From a virus (taxonomy: Duplodnaviria > Caudoviricetes): DNA of 39,776 bases. A model generated the notes under the pieces. That model was not told where the DNA came from. It ran no database searches and worked only from the letters and a program-made list of their open reading frames with translations. The first letter of the stretch is position 1. Each line of letters opens with the position of its first letter. Shown in pieces: positions 1-9,427 of the stretch. The translations under genes and the position numbers were made by a program. Location: positions 1 through 39,776 of IMG/VR virus record IMGVR_UViG_3300020042_009560; one strand, given 5' to 3'.

Positions 1-356
1 AAGTATGTATGTGCTTGTGTTTCCGAGGGTATATACGTAGGGTTTAAAATGGATAGGTCGCACAAGCTTTTAATAGGAAAATAATATAATGCTGTCTTCT
101 TATCACGCACCCACACCTTATCTATTTTTTGTAGTAACGCGTCTATAGTTGTCTTATTAAGCGAGGATGTCTCGCTATGGTCAACGCATAACATATAACC
201 CTTTGTGTCGTTAAACGGTCTTATATACACTAAAGACACGTCGTTTAAAGCAGGATGTATGTTATCGTGTAGTGGAATTATCTCAACAAACGCTTCCGTT
301 ATTGTTTTATGAGTTAAATACTCAAGTGATTCTTCCGTTTCTATTATCCAAAACAT
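1..356 (-). CDS. Probable family A DNA polymerase, N-terminal part (runs off the left edge; not in ORF track)
   Basis: Manual translation from ATG at 356: MFWIIETEESLEYLTHKTITEAFVEIIPLHDNIHPALNDVSLVYIRPFNDTKGYMLCVDHSE..., open to the window edge; overlaps the upstream gene by 35 bp. Product is recalled similarity to N-termini of polymerases in related phages; no catalytic motifs lie inside the window. Confidence 0.55.
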   Translation of the reverse strand, partial: MFWIIETEESLEYLTHKTITEAFVEIIPLHDNIHPALNDVSLVYIRPFNDTKGYMLCVDHSETSSLNKTTIDALLQKIDKVWVRDKKTALYYFPIKSLCDLSILNPTYIPSETQAHTY

Positions 357-1008
357 AACCTTGATTTACTCCGTTAATATACGAACCAGATGTTGTATTT
401 CCAAGTTGATTATAATATTTTGTAAAATTAAACCTTAAATAATCAGCTAGTCTTGGAAATTTTGATTGAAACGAAGTTAATTCAACTATATTACGGTTTG
501 TTTTTTCTACTTGATCTATATTACCTGTTAACTGCCAAGGTATTTCAAATGGTTGGTATAATGGCCAAGCTATTTGAACGTCTTTAGCTACTAATTTATC
601 ATAAGTAGATTTATCGGTTTCGATATATAGTATTTCGTTTGTTTTTTTACAAAAATATCTTCTAAATTCCCCGTTTTGATAATCTTGTTGTGTAGGTAAA
701 ACTGGGTTATATATAGGGATGTAAGTTATAGTTGTTGGATTAATAGTATTATATTCGTAAACTGTGGTTGATTCCTCGTTTAACAAGGTAATAGGAGTAT
801 TTGGTGGAAATAAATCTAGATTAATTCCATCATAGAAAAATTGTATTAAACGTTCATTAGGTCTATCGTCTTGGTTTCGGCCAGTAAAATATTCTCCTTT
901 TGATGTTTTAAAATAATATCCAGAATAAAATAAACCACTGTCCTCATAGACAAATTCATTACCATTGGTATATAAATTAGGGGTTATTTGGGATTTAGGA
1001 TAATACAT
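322..1008 (-). CDS. Hypothetical phage protein (228 aa), last gene of baseplate block
   Basis: Full ORF starting 1 nt after the upstream stop; Tyr-rich; no motif I can assign. Confidence 0.8.
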   Translation of the reverse strand: MYYPKSQITPNLYTNGNEFVYEDSGLFYSGYYFKTSKGEYFTGRNQDDRPNERLIQFFYDGINLDLFPPNTPITLLNEESTTVYEYNTINPTTITYIPIYNPVLPTQQDYQNGEFRRYFCKKTNEILYIETDKSTYDKLVAKDVQIAWPLYQPFEIPWQLTGNIDQVEKTNRNIVELTSFQSKFPRLADYLRFNFTKYYNQLGNTTSGSYINGVNQGYVLDNRNGRIT

Positions 1009-1009
1009 T

Positions 1010-3880
1010 TTATGCTGTTATAAATTTCTGTTTAGCTGTTATTGGTTTTCCTTTAGTAGGGAAATAAGCATTTAAGTTTGAAGATTGAGTAGTTGTATCA
1101 AATCCTCGTTCTGCTGCCCTGATTTGGTAATGTAAGTGGTATGCTCCGGGACTGTCTTTATCTCCTGATGTTCCGATTTGTTGTCCTACTATTACTTTTT
1201 GTCCTACTTTTACTGTTGCTGTGTCTAAATGACCATAAATAATCCAACGTCCATTTTGCGATGCTAAAGATGGGTTATTGTAAAATAAAGGATCGATTTT
1301 AATATAAACAGCTTGGTTACCATATCCTGGTGCTCCAATTCTAGCTATTACACCATCTGTTGAACTGTATACAGGTGTTCCTTTTGTTACTCCAATATCT
1401 ATAGCTCTATGTTGGTCACTTCCTTTAACACCTCCAGCAATAGGTGCTCTTACCGCTATTTTGCTTGTTACAATTCCTGTTACAGGATATACAAACTTAG
1501 AAAAATTTAATAAATTATCATCTTGTACATTGTTAGGTATAGCTCCTGTAGGTAAAGCAGCAACTGCTGCTGTACCTCTTGAGGCCGCTCTTCCTGATGC
1601 CTCTGCTACTGTACTTTTACCAATAGTTGAACCAAATGGATTTTTAGGAATAGCTATAGATTCAATAGTAGTTACCCAATCATTACTTTGAATAGTATGA
1701 GTTACACCTTTGATTAAAAATTCTAAAGATGTAGGATAATTTGAAGGTAAGAAATCTGATGGAATAGTGTACTTTTGGTAAACTTTCATTCCCGACAGTC
1801 CATCTATAGTTAAAGATAAATCAAATGGTAAAAATCCTCCATTTGGTGAGGCAGCATTTTTATCTGTTTTTTCGGCCTCTTGGGTTTGTTTTACTTGATC
1901 ATATTCATAAAAAGTTACTGCTGTATTTTTAAAAGCAGTAATAGCCTCTTGATTATATTTAGGACGTACTAAACCATTTCGAGAACCAATTTCACCAATA
2001 AATACTTGAAACGAATCTAGTGCCTCGTTATATTTTTCATCAAGTGATTTTTTACTTGCTTTTTCTTTAGCATCATCCTCTTTAGTTGAATCCGGTGTAT
2101 TAATAGTTTCTTTAAATCTATCTTTTAAACCTGCATTCATTCTAGATAATGCTGTTGAATCTTGCCCTACAACATATCCATTAGCTGTAGATCCTACGGT
2201 TATCATAGTAGCTAAATTGGGAGGAATTGTAGTTGTAAAATTTATATCTCTAACAAATCCTGCTTGTGATGTACCATTATTGTTATAGTAATATCCATAA
2301 ACATCAAACACAGCAGTACTAGTAGGTTTTTTAAGGTTTTCTAAAATGGATTTAGCATCGGGAAGTACAACCTGGTCTACTATTTTTATTTCGTTAGTTA
2401 TTTCATCAATTGCAGGTTCTAATTTATTGAAACTACCTGTGGATTCATTCCAACCCTTACATAAACTTTCTATTAAATTAAATAATGAAACTTTACCTTC
2501 AGCATCTTTTAAATCTTTTAATCTTTCTAAAATGTAGGTCATATTGAAATAAGCATTCATTATATACCCATATCTATTTTCATTAATAAAAAACTGAAAT
2601 TCATCTGCTGTATCAGCAAATTGAGAGTGTCCACCGCTAGGAAAATTAAATCTTACTTTAAATAAACATACTCCTGGGTCTGAGCTTATTTGTCTGCCTA
2701 ATAAGTAAATAATGTTTGATTTAACATCGTTATCTACTTTTAATAAAGCAACATCCTTATTATCAACATAAGGTATTACATATTTTTTTAACCATCCTAA
2801 AAAGTAACCAAATCTAACATAATATTGGGTTCCACCTTTACCAGCATAAACTTGTTTAAAATATACTACACTTTCTCCTTCAACTCCTGTTAATTCAGTA
2901 TCTGTACTAGATAAAGTAGCTAGTCCTGATGGTAAAACTGGTAGTTTAGATAATTTTTGTTGACTTAGGTAGAATTCTCTTCCTATTTGGTGAGCATTAA
3001 CAAAATCCTTAATTACATCCTCAGAAGAGGGAGCAGCTGTATTTGAGGGGGTAGTTTCGGTTATTGAATTTGAAATAGGTAATTTAATTTTAGTTGAAGC
3101 ACTTGGTAACAAAGCATTTGCTTTTAAAGACTCAATAACATCACCTAAACTTCTTAGGGTTAAAGTAATTTCATAAGTACCATCTTTAGTAAAATTCCAA
3201 GTAAAATTAACTACTTTACCTATAATAGCATCATAATTACCTTTAGATGCTAATCTTCTTTCTTGAATAGTTTTTAATATATCGTTATATTTTAGTTTAC
3301 CTAACAAAAAGTCATCAGCTAAACTATAAGGATTATCATTAATATAAGTACCATCATTATCAAAATAAGAACTCCATCCCCATTCTAATAAAACACTATA
3401 TCCTAAACGAAGATATAAAATATCAATAATATCAAACTGTTGTCTGTTGTTTGCTTGGATTTGAATAGTTGCTGTTTTTAATGAACCACGTGTTTCTGTT
3501 TTAACAGAGGCTGATTTTATACCTGGCATTGGTCTTAGTCCAAAATCTAATCCTCCAACACCATAAGCGTATTTAGTATGCATTACATTACTTGTAGCTA
3601 CACCTGATTTTTGGTATGTTTCTTGTCCACCTGTATTAGGGGATTCATTAGAGGTACCATTAAATAAAACATATTGTTTAGCTAATTCGGCTCCTGATAA
3701 TCCTATACCTCTAGGTGCCTCGCCTTCAATATCAACAGAGGATACTAATTTAGCCCATCCGGTTTTTGTATTTAAATATGCTAATTGTTCATTAGTTCTG
3801 TTTATAGAACCTATAACCTTTTGACGAGCATTAATTTGTCCTATAATTTCTTCTGGAAAACCTTCTCCTACTATGTTCAT
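1010..3880 (-). CDS. Baseplate hub-like protein with C-terminal M23 metallopeptidase (virion-associated lysin)
   Basis: C-terminal M23 motifs HRAID (HxxxD), GTPVYSSTDG, YGHL, VKVGQKV, HLHYQI (HxH); N-terminal beta-rich hub-like region (GSLKTATIQIQ, LRLGYSVLLEWGW, FLIKGVTHTI..WVTTIES); follows the LysM-like gene. Confidence 0.75.
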   Translation of the reverse strand: MNIVGEGFPEEIIGQINARQKVIGSINRTNEQLAYLNTKTGWAKLVSSVDIEGEAPRGIGLSGAELAKQYVLFNGTSNESPNTGGQETYQKSGVATSNVMHTKYAYGVGGLDFGLRPMPGIKSASVKTETRGSLKTATIQIQANNRQQFDIIDILYLRLGYSVLLEWGWSSYFDNDGTYINDNPYSLADDFLLGKLKYNDILKTIQERRLASKGNYDAIIGKVVNFTWNFTKDGTYEITLTLRSLGDVIESLKANALLPSASTKIKLPISNSITETTPSNTAAPSSEDVIKDFVNAHQIGREFYLSQQKLSKLPVLPSGLATLSSTDTELTGVEGESVVYFKQVYAGKGGTQYYVRFGYFLGWLKKYVIPYVDNKDVALLKVDNDVKSNIIYLLGRQISSDPGVCLFKVRFNFPSGGHSQFADTADEFQFFINENRYGYIMNAYFNMTYILERLKDLKDAEGKVSLFNLIESLCKGWNESTGSFNKLEPAIDEITNEIKIVDQVVLPDAKSILENLKKPTSTAVFDVYGYYYNNNGTSQAGFVRDINFTTTIPPNLATMITVGSTANGYVVGQDSTALSRMNAGLKDRFKETINTPDSTKEDDAKEKASKKSLDEKYNEALDSFQVFIGEIGSRNGLVRPKYNQEAITAFKNTAVTFYEYDQVKQTQEAEKTDKNAASPNGGFLPFDLSLTIDGLSGMKVYQKYTIPSDFLPSNYPTSLEFLIKGVTHTIQSNDWVTTIESIAIPKNPFGSTIGKSTVAEASGRAASRGTAAVAALPTGAIPNNVQDDNLLNFSKFVYPVTGIVTSKIAVRAPIAGGVKGSDQHRAIDIGVTKGTPVYSSTDGVIARIGAPGYGNQAVYIKIDPLFYNNPSLASQNGRWIIYGHLDTATVKVGQKVIVGQQIGTSGDKDSPGAYHLHYQIRAAERGFDTTTQSSNLNAYFPTKGKPITAKQKFITA

Positions 3881-3882
3881 TG

Positions 3883-4206
3883 TTAGGCATTTATTACATT
3901 AAAATTTCTTATAACAGCATTATAATTAGCAGGGATTCTGATTTGAATACCCTGAGGTATTACTAGTGAGTTCTGTGGTAAATCGGCTTGTGTTGATGTT
4001 CCTGCACCTCCTGTATTAGCTACAGAAATAACCCACCATAAAGAGCTATCACTATAATATTGTTGAGCTAAAACATCAAATCGATCTCCTTGAGTAGTAT
4101 AAACATACACATCATTTTCTGATAAAGGAACCTCAGGGTAACGAGATGTTCGGTACGCTAAATTTCCGTTTATTTTTTCTTTTGGTATGTTTTGATATCT
4201 ATTCAT
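3883..4206 (-). CDS. LysM-like baseplate protein (tail X / gp53-like)
   Basis: YTTQGDRFDVLAQQYYSDSSLWWVISVAN...IPQGIQIRIP; typical position in a contractile-tail baseplate cluster; TAATG overlap with upstream gene. Confidence 0.8.
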   Translation of the reverse strand: MNRYQNIPKEKINGNLAYRTSRYPEVPLSENDVYVYTTQGDRFDVLAQQYYSDSSLWWVISVANTGGAGTSTQADLPQNSLVIPQGIQIRIPANYNAVIRNFNVINA

Positions 4207-6200
4207 TATTGTGCTTGTGTTATAGGAGCAGTACTTGTGTTATCTAAATTATAATTACTTTGGTCTATATTTTCTCCATTAGCTAAAGCAATAAATCTTT
4301 GATCTCCACTACTTTCAACAAAACCTTTACCGTCAGCACCAAATGTTAACTGTTGTTTTTTAGGAATAAATCTATGAATTGGTGTAAAGCTAAATCCTGT
4401 TACTTTAATGATATGAGGTAATTCTTTAACTGTTCCGTCTGTTCCTTGACCTTTATCATTAATAGCTATTTCCCAATTACTTTCACTCATATCGAAGGTT
4501 AAACCAGTTATAAAACCGGGTTGTTCATACAAATATCCTCCAATTGTTAATTGTACTAAATTACCTCTCATATAACCATTTGAGCTGTAGTCAGGGGCTA
4601 GTAATGAGGCAAGATAATTTAATTTTTTATACATTGGAATAAGTTCCTGTTTTGATTGAGCTGCTACAGTCCAACCTAATGAAATTTGTCTAGTAAACCC
4701 ACCATAAGTAAAGAATTGTTCTCCTCTTCCCAAATATTGAATTCCATTCCAGTTAGCACTATAAGAATCAGACATTGAATCTAAAAATGCTCTAAAATGC
4801 ATAAACGTTTTAAATGAAGGATTGTTATTATCAATAGCAGCTATCCTAAATTTTACTAAATCATTTACTATAGGGTCTTGAGCTACTGCTAGGCTTCTAT
4901 AAATTGGTAAAGAATTAATTTTATCTAAACCAACTGGAGTTTGTCCTATGCCTTTAACACTAGCATTACTATAATAAGAAGCATTAGTTGCTAAATTAAC
5001 TACACCATCAACATAAGAAACATAGCTTTTATTAGCACGTTGTCCTGGATCTCCTAGGTTAACTCGTTTTTCTATATTACCTGCATTCTCACCTGAGTAG
5101 TTCAAGGCATCAGGAGTTGCTCCTGATTCAGCGGCTGCTTTACCTTGGGCTGTATTAATACCTAATTTAGCTCTTAATTTTTTTCTAAAATCTTGAATTC
5201 TAGGTGATCCTGAGAATTTACCTGAGTTTACTTCCTCTTGAATTAAATCCTCTTGATTATAAGTAAACGTATTATTTTCATATATTAAAGGACTATTTTT
5301 AGGCCATGTATTCCCCTCAATAGCAGGTTCATAAACACTAAAATTGTAGTATCCTTGTCCTAACTGTCCTAGTTCATTATATGGGTTACTAAAAGTATCG
5401 TTTGTAAGTCTTATATATTTACCTGATACTCCTGAAATATTTTTAGGGTCAGTACTATTAATTGTTTGTAAATATAATCCTGGTTCTGCTACTTTTTTAT
5501 ATGAACCATAAAAATAACTTGGGTTTGTTACAGCTAGTGGGTTTTGAGCACCTGTTCTTTGATTTGGTGAAGCAAATCTAATGTTTGTTTGGCCTTTACC
5601 GTTTATAGAGTTAGGACCACCATCATAAGATAAAACATTAGGCCCTACATTTAAATTAAAACCAGAAAAATTCCAGTTATTAATAGATCTGTCACGTGTT
5701 ATAGCATCATATAAACTAACTAACCTATTATTTTCTGGTAGTTGGGTTGATGGGACTCTTGTTTGGTATAAGTTTATGTTATTAGCATATGCTCCTGTTT
5801 CGGCAAATGGGTTAGTGCCTTGTTTGTTTAAATGGCCACCAAACGCTATTAAACCGGCTTCTGCTAACGTATTTAATGGTGAATAAACACCATTATTCAT
5901 TACTCCACTAGTTTGTGTTCTAACGGAGGTTTGAGATAATAATTGTTGTTTAGCTACAAAAAGGATACCATTTGGTGATTTAGTATCTATAAACATTTTA
6001 CCTAAACGTTTAATATCCTCTAAAGAATCTAAAGCAGCGTTAATACCTCCCCTTAATAAAAAATCTGTTGTTCCTATATAGGGAGAAATATCATCAGGGA
6101 TAGGAGTAGTAATATATGGTTGTCCACTATTACCTCCGTAAACCCTGTCATTCCCATATCTTAGGGACTTAAGATCCGTTTTAAGGTCAATTAAACCCAT
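4206..6200 (-). CDS. Baseplate / tail-tube initiator-like protein
   Basis: C-terminal tube-like domain FRAFLDSMSDSYSANW..YLGRGEQFFTYGGFTRQISL..VQLTIGGYLYEQPGFITGLTF; lies between tape measure and LysM genes. Confidence 0.6.
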   Translation of the reverse strand: MGLIDLKTDLKSLRYGNDRVYGGNSGQPYITTPIPDDISPYIGTTDFLLRGGINAALDSLEDIKRLGKMFIDTKSPNGILFVAKQQLLSQTSVRTQTSGVMNNGVYSPLNTLAEAGLIAFGGHLNKQGTNPFAETGAYANNINLYQTRVPSTQLPENNRLVSLYDAITRDRSINNWNFSGFNLNVGPNVLSYDGGPNSINGKGQTNIRFASPNQRTGAQNPLAVTNPSYFYGSYKKVAEPGLYLQTINSTDPKNISGVSGKYIRLTNDTFSNPYNELGQLGQGYYNFSVYEPAIEGNTWPKNSPLIYENNTFTYNQEDLIQEEVNSGKFSGSPRIQDFRKKLRAKLGINTAQGKAAAESGATPDALNYSGENAGNIEKRVNLGDPGQRANKSYVSYVDGVVNLATNASYYSNASVKGIGQTPVGLDKINSLPIYRSLAVAQDPIVNDLVKFRIAAIDNNNPSFKTFMHFRAFLDSMSDSYSANWNGIQYLGRGEQFFTYGGFTRQISLGWTVAAQSKQELIPMYKKLNYLASLLAPDYSSNGYMRGNLVQLTIGGYLYEQPGFITGLTFDMSESNWEIAINDKGQGTDGTVKELPHIIKVTGFSFTPIHRFIPKKQQLTFGADGKGFVESSGDQRFIALANGENIDQSNYNLDNTSTAPITQAQ

Positions 6201-6202
6201 TT

Positions 6203-6538
6203 TTATTTAGGTAAGTTGTCTAAGTAAGGTAATTTTCCTGTTACTTTAGGTGCTAATCCATTTAAATCTAATTGAGAAATAGCTAAATCGTTTTCGTAGT
6301 TAGACTTTTTATCGTAAACTAAAGGTTGTTTACCATCTAAATCTAATTGAGACGTAGCTAAACCAACAACATAGTTTGATTTTTTATCATAAGCTAAAGG
6401 TTGTTTACCTTCTAAATCTAATTGAGACGTAGCTAATCCTTTTTGATACTGAGAAGTACCATCATATTTAGCTGGTGTTTTTCCATCAAATGAAGTTAAT
6501 TGTGAACCTGCTGTTTGTAATTTATCTAATAATCCCAT
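6203..6538 (-). CDS. Small tail-associated protein with 25-aa internal repeats
   Basis: 111 aa; LA(T/I)SQLDLxG occurs three times at 25-aa spacing; preceded by the ATATTTATA motif. Confidence 0.8.
   Translation of the reverse strand: MGLLDKLQTAGSQLTSFDGKTPAKYDGTSQYQKGLATSQLDLEGKQPLAYDKKSNYVVGLATSQLDLDGKQPLVYDKKSNYENDLAISQLDLNGLAPKVTGKLPYLDNLPK
6263..6490. repeat. 75-bp coding tandem repeat (about 3 units)
   Basis: taaatctaattgaga starts at 6263, 6338 and 6413 (exact 75-bp period). Confidence 0.9.
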
Positions 6539-6551
6539 AGTTGTATTTTGT

Positions 6552-6560
6552 TATAAATAT
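6552..6560 (-). promoter_or_regulatory. Putative late promoter ATATTTATA
   Basis: Intergenic, 13 nt upstream of ATG 6538, followed by ACAAAA; recurs before many genes. Confidence 0.6.
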
Positions 6561-6565
6561 TAAAA

Positions 6566-9118
6566 TTATTGAACTTTATAAGTGCTTACGTTCATTGCTG
6601 TACCTACTTTAGTTCCGTCTAAGTATATATTACCTCCAGATTTAACAACTGAAATAAGTTCATCTAATTTGGCATAAAATTTATCAAGAGGAATTACTGC
6701 TTCTGCTCCTGCTTCACCTATTAAAGCTCGTGTTGGACGACTAACAATTCCTCCTACAGCCATTTCTGGTTCATCGCCTCCAAAATAAGACATACCCCCA
6801 CCAATTAACCCTCCTAAAACACCACCAATAGCTGTACCTACTCCAGGAATAATAGAACCTATTAAAGCACCTGTTCCAGCTCCTGACAGGGCACCACTAG
6901 TAACATCTAATCCTTTACCTAAGCCTTTATTTCCTGATTCATTGGCTGCTTCTGCTGCAGCATCAAGAGCTAATCCTCCTATTAATCCTCCAATTCCCCC
7001 TTTAAGTCCTTTACCTAAACCTTTTAATAATTTACCTCCACCTTTTCCAGATAAAGCTCTACCTAATACTTTTGGTTTTTTAAATAATGTTTTTAGTTGT
7101 TTACCAACACCTGCTTTTTGACCTCCTCCTAAACTATCAGATATATCTCCACCACCTTCTCCACCACCTATACCTCCCATATTTTCAACAATAGTATATG
7201 ATGGATTACTTTTAGATCCTATAGGAGCTTTAAAAGCATTCATAATACTTCTACCAACCATCAATATACCAGCGGCAGTAGCTGCTAACCCAATACCTCC
7301 TACAAGTGCTTGAAGTATTTTAGAATCAGCAATAGATTTCATAACACCATTAAAGAAATTCATAGCTTTAGTAACTGGACCTACCATAAAAGCATTAAAT
7401 GATTGTTTTAATTGTTCTGCTGCTTCTGCTTGTTTTTCTGAGTTGGATAATTCTTGTTCTGCTAAGGAAACTGATTTATTTTTTATTGCTAGTCTTTCTA
7501 GTTCTGATGCTTGTTCTGCTTTTCCTTCAGCTTTTAATGCTTCGACTTTTTTCTTAAGTTCTGATCTAGATTGAGCATCTAAACTATTTAATTGTTTTTG
7601 TTTAACTAAAGAATCACCTAATTCATCAGCACTCATACCTAATGCTCTAGCATAAGCTTCTTGCTGGATAACATTCATATTTTGAAACTTACCTAAACCG
7701 TCAGGTCCTAAGTTTTTCATCAATTCCTCAGCAGCACCTGCTGTATCACCTTGTAAAGCTAAACCTCTTGCTCTCTCTAAATTTAAATCTTGACCCGTCA
7801 ACAATTCAGCTTCTAATTCTGCTGAGATAGAATCTTCAAAATTTAATAGTCCTTGAGATATTTTTTTAGTTTGCTCTAAAGTCATACCTAACTTTTGAGC
7901 TTGAACAACTGCTTTTCCTAATAATTCAGGATTATTTTTATATTGGGCTGCTAATTGGCCTGATGTTTTAGCCACTTCAGATAATACTTTTTTATTACTT
8001 AATATTCCTTTATTTTGTTTGCCAATGGAATCAAATACTTCTTCTTGAGATTTTCCAGTTAATTGAGAAAATTTATATATTCCTTCTCTTACATCTACTT
8101 CTAATCCAGCATTTTTAGTTAAAGCAATCTGATCCGATAATTGCTTTTCACTTAACATTACACTAGTTCCTAAAAAGGCATTCATGTCAGCATTAGCTTG
8201 AACCGCATCTTTGCGAGTTCTACCAATATGTTGAGATGCATGTTGCAACTCTATATTCATTTCAGCCGCCGCATTTTTAGTTAAACCAAGATCTCTCTGA
8301 ATCTTTATGGTTTCCTGATCAAATTCATTAGCGTATTTTATTACACCCTGAAGTAATTTTCCTATAGTGGCTACTTGTAGTAATGGATCTGAGAATGCTG
8401 ATTTGATTGATGATCCAACACTTTTTATTCCTGCTCCTAAAACTTTAAATCCGTTACCTGATTTAGCTGCTTCTCTTAAATCCTCATTTATTTTTTCAAA
8501 ATTTTCAGATTCAATCCCAATTTTTTCTAAACTTTTAGTTATACCTTTAAATAATCCTCCAGTAACACCTAATGTTTTTTCAATACTTTTTTCAGTATTT
8601 AATCGTTCTTTAGCTTGTTTTAATAAATCTTCAGTAACATCATACTCAGATTCAAGGTTAGCTAACAGTGCAGATTCTGCTTCTGATAATTCTTCTTTAG
8701 TTCTAAGTTCTTCTTTTAAATTATTTAACCTATTTTTTTCTGATTTGATTTGTTCAATACTCTGTTGGAGTTGTTTTTTATTTAAAACAGTAATATTGGT
8801 TATATCATCAGATAACTTTTCAGCAATACCTTTTAATTTGGTAAATGATTTGGTTGCATCTTTAGCAGGATCAACAAAGCCTGGTTTCCATTCGTTTACT
8901 ATGTTTTTAATAGAACGAGATATTCCACCAAAACCATCTTCTAAATCAAAAGCAGCAACCCTAGCTTTTTCTAAAAGAGAAGTTAATTGTTTTACACCAT
9001 CAAGATTAAGTTCTTCAAAATTAACTTCAATAGGTTTTTCTCCTAACTTATCCCTTAAAGTATTTAACTCTTTAAGGTCTTTTTTTAGTTGTGCTATTTG
9101 TTTAGGATCTACTGCCAT
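6566..9118 (-). CDS. Tail tape measure protein
   Basis: 850 aa, long helical/coiled-coil region, FEDSISAELEAELLTG segment, Gly-rich hydrophobic stretches, C-terminal MAVGGIV...IGEAGAEAVIPL motif; directly after the tail chaperone genes. Confidence 0.85.
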   Translation of the reverse strand: MAVDPKQIAQLKKDLKELNTLRDKLGEKPIEVNFEELNLDGVKQLTSLLEKARVAAFDLEDGFGGISRSIKNIVNEWKPGFVDPAKDATKSFTKLKGIAEKLSDDITNITVLNKKQLQQSIEQIKSEKNRLNNLKEELRTKEELSEAESALLANLESEYDVTEDLLKQAKERLNTEKSIEKTLGVTGGLFKGITKSLEKIGIESENFEKINEDLREAAKSGNGFKVLGAGIKSVGSSIKSAFSDPLLQVATIGKLLQGVIKYANEFDQETIKIQRDLGLTKNAAAEMNIELQHASQHIGRTRKDAVQANADMNAFLGTSVMLSEKQLSDQIALTKNAGLEVDVREGIYKFSQLTGKSQEEVFDSIGKQNKGILSNKKVLSEVAKTSGQLAAQYKNNPELLGKAVVQAQKLGMTLEQTKKISQGLLNFEDSISAELEAELLTGQDLNLERARGLALQGDTAGAAEELMKNLGPDGLGKFQNMNVIQQEAYARALGMSADELGDSLVKQKQLNSLDAQSRSELKKKVEALKAEGKAEQASELERLAIKNKSVSLAEQELSNSEKQAEAAEQLKQSFNAFMVGPVTKAMNFFNGVMKSIADSKILQALVGGIGLAATAAGILMVGRSIMNAFKAPIGSKSNPSYTIVENMGGIGGGEGGGDISDSLGGGQKAGVGKQLKTLFKKPKVLGRALSGKGGGKLLKGLGKGLKGGIGGLIGGLALDAAAEAANESGNKGLGKGLDVTSGALSGAGTGALIGSIIPGVGTAIGGVLGGLIGGGMSYFGGDEPEMAVGGIVSRPTRALIGEAGAEAVIPLDKFYAKLDELISVVKSGGNIYLDGTKVGTAMNVSTYKVQ

Positions 9119-9133
9119 TTAAAAATATTTTAT

Positions 9134-9142
9134 TATAAATAT
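9134..9142 (-). promoter_or_regulatory. Putative late promoter ATATTTATA
   Basis: Intergenic, 15 nt upstream of the tape measure ATG. Confidence 0.6.
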
Positions 9143-9151
9143 TAAAAGGCA

Positions 9152-9427
9152 TCATTTTTTAGATGCCTTTGTAACATATGATGGGATTTGAACTTTAGTA
9201 TTATTTGTTGCCCCTGCTGATTTCATATTTTTTATAGATTCAGCAACAGTATCTGGTTGTTCGTTTTTCTTTTCATAAAACTCTCTAAGTTTATTATATG
9301 TAAAACGTCTAAGCCATAAGGGCATATCATACACTGTTTTATAATCATATCCTCCTTGACCATAAAATAGTATTTCGTGTATTTGAGTAAATAAGTTACT
9401 TCTATACTCAGGCGTCAGGCCAAAAAA
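9152..9427 (-). CDS. Tail assembly chaperone C-terminal extension (T-like ORF), probably reached by frameshift
   Basis: Frame FFGLTPEYRSNLFTQIHEILFYGQGGYDYKTVYDMPLWLRRF... begins at the T7 run at the end of the upstream gene; track start at 9481 is buried in the upstream gene; position just before tape measure. Confidence 0.65.
   Translation of the reverse strand, partial: FFGLTPEYRSNLFTQIHEILFYGQGGYDYKTVYDMPLWLRRFTYNKLREFYEKKNEQPDTVAESIKNMKSAGATNNTKVQIPSYVTKASKK

Noticed and set aside
8367-9122. 251-aa plus-strand ORF
   Set aside because: Fully antisense to the tape measure gene; Ser/Phe/Leu composition mirrors Lys/Glu codons
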